Below, piece by piece: positions 58,423 to 64,000 of a stretch of DNA of 64,000 nt. The notes under the pieces are model-generated. The model made no database searches. It had not been told where the DNA came from and saw nothing but the letters and a program-made list of their open reading frames with translations. The position numbers were made by a program, and so were the translations under genes. The DNA comes from an uncultured Acidobacteriota bacterium (GTDB lineage Bacteria > Acidobacteriota > Thermoanaerobaculia > Multivoradales > SZUA-115), in NCBI GenBank assembly GCA_963805975.1, contig CAWDVR010000001.1, forward strand, positions 64,001 to 128,000, in the 5' to 3' direction. Within the stretch, counting starts at the first letter, position 1; each line of letters opens with the position of its first letter.

Positions 58423-58712
58423 GGATCCAGGAGATCATCCGCCGGCCGCTGATCACCGAGAAGAGCACCAGGCTCAAGGAAGTGCAGGGCGTGGTGGCCT
58501 TCGAGGTGGACCCGCGAGCCAACAAGATCGAGATCAAGCGCGCCGTCGAGACCCAGTTCAAGGGCAGCAAGGTGGCAGAGGTGCGGGTGGCGCGGGTGCA
58601 TGGCAAGACGCGTCGCTTCGGCCGCTACACCGGCCGCAAGGCGGACTGGAAGAAGGCCTACGTAAGGCTGGCCGAGGACTCGAAGCCGATCGAGTTCTTT
58701 GAAGGCGTCTAG
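58419..58712 (+). CDS. rplW: 50S ribosomal protein L23
   Basis: PLITEKS, ANKIEIK, WKKAYV. Confidence 0.98.
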   Translation: MRIQEIIRRPLITEKSTRLKEVQGVVAFEVDPRANKIEIKRAVETQFKGSKVAEVRVARVHGKTRRFGRYTGRKADWKKAYVRLAEDSKPIEFFEGV

Positions 58713-58741
58713 GAAACTTCGGGGAAGGAACGGTTGAGCTG

Positions 58742-59566
58742 ATGGCGACCAAACAGTTGAAGCCGACCAACCCGGCGAGCCGGTTCCAGAGCTACTCGAC
58801 GTTCGAGGAGCTCAGCCGGCAGCGGCCGGAGAAGTCCCTGACCGAGGGCAAGAGCGCGACCGGTGGCCGCAACAACCAGGGGCATTTGACCATCTGGTTT
58901 CGCGGCGGCGGTCACAAGCGGCGCTACCGGAAGATCGACTTCAAGCGCGACAAGCACGGCGTGCCGGCGACCGTCGCGTCGGTCGAGTACGATCCGAACC
59001 GTTCGGCGCGTATCGCGCTGCTGAACTACGCCGATGGCGAGAAGCGCTACATCCTGTGGCCGAACGGCCTGGCGGTGGGAGCCAACGTCGAGGCCGGCGA
59101 CGGCGCCGAGATCAACGTCGGCAACGCGCTGCCCTTGAAGAAGATCCCGCTCGGCACGGTGATCCATAACATCGAGCTCAAGATCGGCAAGGGCGGTCAG
59201 CTCGTACGGGGCGCCGGCGCCGGCGCGCAGCTCATGGCCAAGGAAGGAAGCTACGCGCAGGTGAAGCTTCCCTCGGGCGAGGTGCGCAAGGTGCACGTGG
59301 ACTGCTATGCGACGGTCGGCCAGGTCGGCAACCTCGACCACGAGAACACCTCGTGGGGCAAGGCGGGACGGCGCCGCTGGCTGGGCCGCAGGCCGCACAA
59401 CCGGGGTGTCGCCATGAACCCGGTCGATCATCCGATGGGCGGCGGCGAAGGCAGGAGCTCCGGCGGCCGTCATCCTTGTACCCCCTGGGGCACCCCGACC
59501 AAGGGCTACAAGACTCGTAACAACAAGCGGACCGACACTATGATCGTCCGCCGGCGTGAGAAATAG
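58742..59566 (+). CDS. rplB: 50S ribosomal protein L2
   Basis: [25 protein letters not shown]. Confidence 0.99.
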   Translation: MATKQLKPTNPASRFQSYSTFEELSRQRPEKSLTEGKSATGGRNNQGHLTIWFRGGGHKRRYRKIDFKRDKHGVPATVASVEYDPNRSARIALLNYADGEKRYILWPNGLAVGANVEAGDGAEINVGNALPLKKIPLGTVIHNIELKIGKGGQLVRGAGAGAQLMAKEGSYAQVKLPSGEVRKVHVDCYATVGQVGNLDHENTSWGKAGRRRWLGRRPHNRGVAMNPVDHPMGGGEGRSSGGRHPCTPWGTPTKGYKTRNNKRTDTMIVRRREK

Positions 59567-59581
59567 GGACGGAGGCGGAGC

Positions 59582-59875
59582 ATGGCGCGTTCGCTAAAGA
59601 AGGGTTTCTTCATCGACGATCACCTGCTGGTCAAGGTGCAGGCGGCCAACCAGCGGGGCGATCGGCGGGTCATCAAGACCTGGTCCCGGCGCTCGACGGT
59701 GATCCCGGAGATGGTGAGCCACACCATCGCGGTGCACAACGGGACGAAGTTCATCCCGGTGTTCGTCAGCGAGAACATGGTGGGCCACAAGCTGGGTGAG
59801 TTCGCGATGACGCGCACCTTCCGCGGCCACTCCGGCAAGAAGGTGGAGAAGTCGGCCAAGCCCAGGCCGGGCTGA
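59582..59875 (+). CDS. rpsS: 30S ribosomal protein S19
   Basis: RSLKKG, KTWSRRS, GHKLGEF. Confidence 0.99.
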   Translation: MARSLKKGFFIDDHLLVKVQAANQRGDRRVIKTWSRRSTVIPEMVSHTIAVHNGTKFIPVFVSENMVGHKLGEFAMTRTFRGHSGKKVEKSAKPRPG

Positions 59876-59924
59876 GGCGGCCCGGCAAAACGGCACGGTG
59901 CACGACACGGGACGGAGATCGATC

Positions 59925-60287
59925 ATGGAATCCACAGCACGCTTACGCTACTTGCGCGGCTCGGCGCAGAAGGTGCGCCTGGTGGCGGACCTGATCCGCG
60001 GCAGGAACGTGCAGGAGGCGGTCAACCTCTTGCAGTTGACGCCCAAGGCCGCGGCGCGGCCGCTCGGCAAGCTCCTGAAGTCGGCGATCGCCAACGCCGA
60101 GCATCGTGAGACGTCGATCGACGTCGATCGCCTGTTCGTCAAGGAGATCTTCGTCGATGCCGGCCCGAGCATGAAGCGCATCCGGCCGGCGCCGATGGGC
60201 CGCGCGTTCCGGATCATCAAGCGAACCAGTCACGTGACGATCAAGCTCGACACCCGCAAGGGCGACGACAAGAAGAAGAGCAGGTAA
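59925..60287 (+). CDS. rplV: 50S ribosomal protein L22
   Basis: KVRLVADLIRG, SAIANA, KRTSH. Confidence 0.98.
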   Translation: MESTARLRYLRGSAQKVRLVADLIRGRNVQEAVNLLQLTPKAAARPLGKLLKSAIANAEHRETSIDVDRLFVKEIFVDAGPSMKRIRPAPMGRAFRIIKRTSHVTIKLDTRKGDDKKKSR

Positions 60288-60299
60288 GGGGAGGCGACG

Positions 60300-60950
60300 G
60301 TGGGTCAGAAAACACATCCTTACGGGTTCCGGCTGGTCTACAACAAGACCTGGCACTCGCGCTGGTACGCCGAGGCCGCCTACGCCAAGACCCTGCACCA
60401 GGATCTGAAGCTGCGCAAGCAGCTCAAGGCCCGGCTCGGACACGCCGGTGTCTCCGAGATCGACATCGAGCGCGCGGCCGACAAGCTGCGGGTGACGATC
60501 TACACCTCGCGTCCCGGCATCATCATCGGCAGGAAGGGCGCCGAGGTCGACAAGCTGCGCGACGACCTGATGAAGCAGATGGGCCGCGAGGTGCACATCA
60601 ACATCCAGGAGATCCAGCGCCCCGAGCTCGACGCGCAGCTCGTCGCCGAGTCGATCGCCGGCCAGCTCGAGCGCCGCGTGTCTTTCCGGCGGGCGATGAA
60701 GAAGTCCATGGAATCCGCCTTCCGCTTCGGCGCCAAGGGCTTCAAGATCATGGTCGGTGGCCGCTTGGGTGGCCACGAGATCGCGCGCACCGAGTGGTAC
60801 CAGGACGGGCGACTGCCGCTCCACACGCTCAAGGCGGACATCGACTTCGGGCTCGCCGAGGCACGCACCACCTACGGCGTGATCGGGGTCAAGGTCTGGG
60901 TCTACAAGGGCGATCTGCTCAAGGAGAAGAGTCGCCGGGCGACCGCCTAG
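60300..60950 (+). CDS. rpsC: 30S ribosomal protein S3
   Basis: [20 protein letters not shown]. Confidence 0.99.
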   Translation: MGQKTHPYGFRLVYNKTWHSRWYAEAAYAKTLHQDLKLRKQLKARLGHAGVSEIDIERAADKLRVTIYTSRPGIIIGRKGAEVDKLRDDLMKQMGREVHINIQEIQRPELDAQLVAESIAGQLERRVSFRRAMKKSMESAFRFGAKGFKIMVGGRLGGHEIARTEWYQDGRLPLHTLKADIDFGLAEARTTYGVIGVKVWVYKGDLLKEKSRRATA

Positions 60951-60976
60951 CGCGGGCCGGGTCTTAGGAGAACGCC

Positions 60977-61396
60977 ATGTTGATGCCCAAGAAAGTCAAG
61001 TTCAGAAAAGCGCACCGCGGACGCCGGTCGGGTCAGACCAAGGGCGGCGGCTACGTGGCGTTCGGCGACCATGGCCTGCAGGCCCTCGAGGCCGGCTGGG
61101 TGACCGCGCGGCAGATCGAGGCCGCTCGTATCGCCATCAGCCGCGCCATCAAGCGCGGTGGCAAGGTGTGGATCCGCCTGTTCCCGGACAAGCCGATCAC
61201 CAAGAAGCCGCTCGAGACCCGTATGGGTAAGGGCAAGGGCCCCCCGGAGCAGTGGGTGGCGGTGATCCGGCCAGGCCGCGTGATGTACGAGATCGAGGGC
61301 GTGCCCGCCGAGGCCGCCGAGCAGGCCATGCGGCTGGCGGCGCACAAGCTGCCGATCAAGACGCGGTTCATCAGCCGCGGGCAGGAGCTGAGATAA
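60977..61396 (+). CDS. rplP: 50S ribosomal protein L16
   Basis: RQIEAAR, RMGKGKG. Confidence 0.99.
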   Translation: MLMPKKVKFRKAHRGRRSGQTKGGGYVAFGDHGLQALEAGWVTARQIEAARIAISRAIKRGGKVWIRLFPDKPITKKPLETRMGKGKGPPEQWVAVIRPGRVMYEIEGVPAEAAEQAMRLAAHKLPIKTRFISRGQELR

Positions 61397-61399
61397 GCC

Positions 61400-61609
61400 A
61401 TGGCCACGAAGACGATGAAGGCGACGGACCTGCGCCAGATCACGGTGGCGGAGCTCAAGGATCGGGAGCGCGAGCTCTCCGAACAGCTCTTCGCCTTGCG
61501 CTTGCAGAAAGTGGTCGGTCAGTTGGCGAACCCGGCCAAGATCCAACACGTGCGGCGGGACCTCGCCCGGGTGCTGACAGTGCTCGGCGAAAAGGCCCAA
61601 CAGGCCTGA
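61400..61609 (+). CDS. rpmC: 50S ribosomal protein L29
   Basis: LFALRLQ...[10 protein letters not shown]; operon position. Confidence 0.96.
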   Translation: MATKTMKATDLRQITVAELKDRERELSEQLFALRLQKVVGQLANPAKIQHVRRDLARVLTVLGEKAQQA

Positions 61610-61626
61610 CGCGGAAGGGAAAGACG

Positions 61627-61971
61627 ATGGCGGAAGAAGCGATGGTCCCACTCGAAGACGGCGGCACGGAGCAGGCGGCAGTCACCAGCCAGCCGCAGGC
61701 AGCGGCGTCAGCGGCTCCCGGCCGCGGCCGGCGCCAGACCAAGGTCGGCACGGTGGTGAGCAACAAGATGGAAAAGACCGTGGTGGTGGCGGTGATGAAC
61801 ACGGTGGTGCATCCGCTGTACAAGCGGTATGGAAAACGCACTTCGAAGTTTCACGCCCACGACGAAGAGAACCTTTGCAACATCGGCGACCAGGTGGAGA
61901 TCGTCTCCACCCGGCCGCTGTCGGCAACCAAGCGTTGGCGGGTCGGCCGCATCCTGCGCCGGGCCGAGTAG
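61627..61971 (+). CDS. rpsQ: 30S ribosomal protein S17 (N-terminal extension)
   Basis: [26 protein letters not shown]. Confidence 0.97.
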   Translation: MAEEAMVPLEDGGTEQAAVTSQPQAAASAAPGRGRRQTKVGTVVSNKMEKTVVVAVMNTVVHPLYKRYGKRTSKFHAHDEENLCNIGDQVEIVSTRPLSATKRWRVGRILRRAE

Positions 61972-61986
61972 GGAGGCGAGCGCGCC

Positions 61987-62355
61987 ATGATCCAGATGGG
62001 AACGGTCCTCGACGTGGCCGACAACTCGGGCGCGAAGAAGATCGCCTGCATCCACCTGCGGGGCGGCTCGGCCGGGCAGTACGGGCGGCTGGGAGACTTG
62101 ATCACCGCCTCGGTCAAAGAGGCGTCGCCCGACGGCACGGTGAAGAAGGGGCAGGTGGTCAAGGCGGTGATCGTACGCACGGTGAAGGAGCAGCGGAGGA
62201 AGGACGGCAGCTACATCCGCTTCGACAACAACTCCGCCGTGCTGGTCAACGACACCGGTGAGCCGGTCGGCACCCGAGTCTTCGGGCCGGTGGCGCGCGA
62301 GCTTCGCGAGCGGCGCTTCATGCGCATCGTGTCGCTGGCGCCGGAGGTGATCTAG
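61987..62355 (+). CDS. rplN: 50S ribosomal protein L14
   Basis: [25 protein letters not shown]. Confidence 0.99.
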   Translation: MIQMGTVLDVADNSGAKKIACIHLRGGSAGQYGRLGDLITASVKEASPDGTVKKGQVVKAVIVRTVKEQRRKDGSYIRFDNNSAVLVNDTGEPVGTRVFGPVARELRERRFMRIVSLAPEVI

Positions 62356-62676
62356 ATGAGCTTCAAAGTGAAGAAGAACGACCAGGTTCTGGTCACCGCG
62401 GGCAAGAACCGCGGCGCCACGGGCAAGGTCTTGAAGGTGTTCCCGGTCAAGGGCACCGCGATCGTCGAGCGGGTCAACTACATCAAGCGTCACACCAAGG
62501 CCAACCCGCAGCGGCAGATCCAGGGCGGTATCGTCGAGCGTGAGGCGCCGATCCAGCTCTCGAACGTGATGGTGATCTGTCCGGAGTGCGGCAAGGCCGC
62601 CCGCATGGGCTTGAAGCGGCTCGAAAACGGCAAAGGCGCCCGCGTCTGCAAGAAGTGCAGCGCGGTCGTGAGTTGA
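62356..62676 (+). CDS. rplX: 50S ribosomal protein L24 (CxxC..CxxC form)
   Basis: [21 protein letters not shown]...CKKC. Confidence 0.98.
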   Translation: MSFKVKKNDQVLVTAGKNRGATGKVLKVFPVKGTAIVERVNYIKRHTKANPQRQIQGGIVEREAPIQLSNVMVICPECGKAARMGLKRLENGKGARVCKKCSAVVS

Positions 62677-62684
62677 GGCGCGCG

Positions 62685-63365
62685 ATGGCGAAGAACGAGA
62701 AGAGCGAGAAGAAAGCCCAGCCGGCCGCCGACAAGAAGGCGGCGAAGAAGGCAGCGCCGGCCGCGGCGGGCGGTGAGAAGAGCGCCACCCCCAAGGCCGC
62801 CAGGCCGAAGGACTACGTGCCGCGTTTGAAGAAGCGCTACGCCGACGAGATCGTGCCCAAGCTCGCCAAGGAGTTCGGCATCGGCAACGTGATGGCCGTG
62901 CCCCGGCTCGAGAAGATCAACCTCAACATGGGCCTGGGGGAGGCGACGCAGAACATCAAGATCATGGACGACGCCGTGGGCGAGCTGGCGTTGCTCGCGG
63001 GCCAGAAGCCGACAGTGACCCGCGCCCACAAGTCGATCGCCGCCTTCAAGCTGCGCCAGGGCATGCCGATCGGCTGCCGGGTGACGCTGCGCGGCGAGCG
63101 CATGTGGGAGTTCCTCGACCACCTGATCTCGATCGCGCTGCCCCGCGTGCGCGACTTCCGCGGCATTCCGTCCAAGAGCTTCGATGGCCGCGGCAACTAC
63201 ACGCTGGGCATCAAGGATCACCTGATCTTCCCCGAGGTCGACTTCAACAAGGTCGACAAACCGAAGGGGATGAACATCACCATCGTCACCACCGCCGGTA
63301 ACGACGAGCGGGCGTTCTACCTGTTGCGCGAGCTGGGCATGCCCTTCGTGGGCAAGGGCCAGTAG
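62685..63365 (+). CDS. rplE: 50S ribosomal protein L5 (Lys/Ala-rich N-terminal extension)
   Basis: [23 protein letters not shown]. Confidence 0.98.
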   Translation: MAKNEKSEKKAQPAADKKAAKKAAPAAAGGEKSATPKAARPKDYVPRLKKRYADEIVPKLAKEFGIGNVMAVPRLEKINLNMGLGEATQNIKIMDDAVGELALLAGQKPTVTRAHKSIAAFKLRQGMPIGCRVTLRGERMWEFLDHLISIALPRVRDFRGIPSKSFDGRGNYTLGIKDHLIFPEVDFNKVDKPKGMNITIVTTAGNDERAFYLLRELGMPFVGKGQ

Positions 63366-63398
63366 GTTTCAGGCCAGAAGTCTCAGGAGGCTATCGAA

Positions 63399-63584
63399 GT
63401 GGCAACCACGGCGAAGATCGCGAAGACCGAGAAGAAGCTGAAGTTCTCCTGCCGGCAGCGCAACCGCTGCAAGGTCTGCGGCCGGCCGCGTGGCTTCCTC
63501 CGCAAGTTCGCGCTGTGCAGGATCTGTTTCCGGAACCTGGCGCTCCAGGGCTATCTGCCGGGCGTCATCAAGGCGAGCTGGTAG
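63399..63584 (+). CDS. rpsZ: 30S ribosomal protein S14, zinc-binding type Z
   Basis: 61 aa, CKVC...CRIC, KASW. Confidence 0.97.
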   Translation: MATTAKIAKTEKKLKFSCRQRNRCKVCGRPRGFLRKFALCRICFRNLALQGYLPGVIKASW

Positions 63585-63611
63585 CGGGCTTATGGCGGCG
63601 AGGAGAAGAGT

Positions 63612-64000
63612 ATGAGCATGACCGATCCGATCTCGGATCTTCTGGCGAGGATTCGCAACGCGCATCTCGCCAAGCACGACCGGCTCGACGTCCCGACCTC
63701 GAAGCTCAAGGTGGAGCTGTGCCGGATCCTCAAGGAAGAGGGCTTCATCCGCAACTTCCGCGTGATGGAGGCGCAGCCGGTCGGCACGCTCCGCATCCTG
63801 CTGCGTTACAACCATGAAGGCGAAGCGGCGATCCGCCACATGGCACGCATCAGCCGGCCGGGGCGCCGCGTCTACGTGGGCGCCGCCGACATCAAGCCGG
63901 TGCGCAACGGCATGGGCGTGGGCGTGGTCTCGACCTCGCGCGGCCTGATCACCGACAAGCAGGCGCGCGAGCAGCGGCTGGGCGGCGAGCTCCTCTGCGA
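63612..64000 (+). CDS. rpsH: 30S ribosomal protein S8, 3'-truncated by window edge
   Basis: MSMTDPISDLLARIRNA, LKEEGFI, SRPGRRVY, STSRG. Confidence 0.97.
   Translation, partial: MSMTDPISDLLARIRNAHLAKHDRLDVPTSKLKVELCRILKEEGFIRNFRVMEAQPVGTLRILLRYNHEGEAAIRHMARISRPGRRVYVGAADIKPVRNGMGVGVVSTSRGLITDKQAREQRLGGELLC

Overview
GC-rich (roughly 70%) bacterial chromosome segment; the gene repertoire (VWFA-related proteins, ECF sigma-Ser/Thr kinase pair, M56/BlaI pair, ELWxxDGT protein) suggests Acidobacteriota, possibly Thermoanaerobaculia-like (inference). 1-23 kb: alkylation repair (ada fragment, alkA-ogt), HEAT-cyclophilin lipoprotein, a form II coxG-S-L-M molybdo-hydroxylase operon with split xdhC, desaturase, BlaI/BlaR1-like pair with a clear double operator, pepQ, secreted proteins. 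23.2-27 kb: small accessory islet (vapBC, truncated MmeI-type gene, lower-GC DUF5131 + TcmP pair, broken antitoxin). 31.4-48.8 kb: cell-envelope cluster (two VWFA-related proteins, ECF sigma-kinase-TPR operon, FadL/PorV-like barrel, large secreted proteins). 52.5-64 kb: contiguous str-S10-spc ribosomal operons. Most striking: a ~110-aa C-terminal domain I cannot name occurs five times on three unrelated secreted proteins (candidate sorting/anchoring module); four REP-like repeat families are present, one of which leaves xdhC without a stop codon; several genes appear leaderless. No rRNA, tRNA, CRISPR array or intact transposase was seen.
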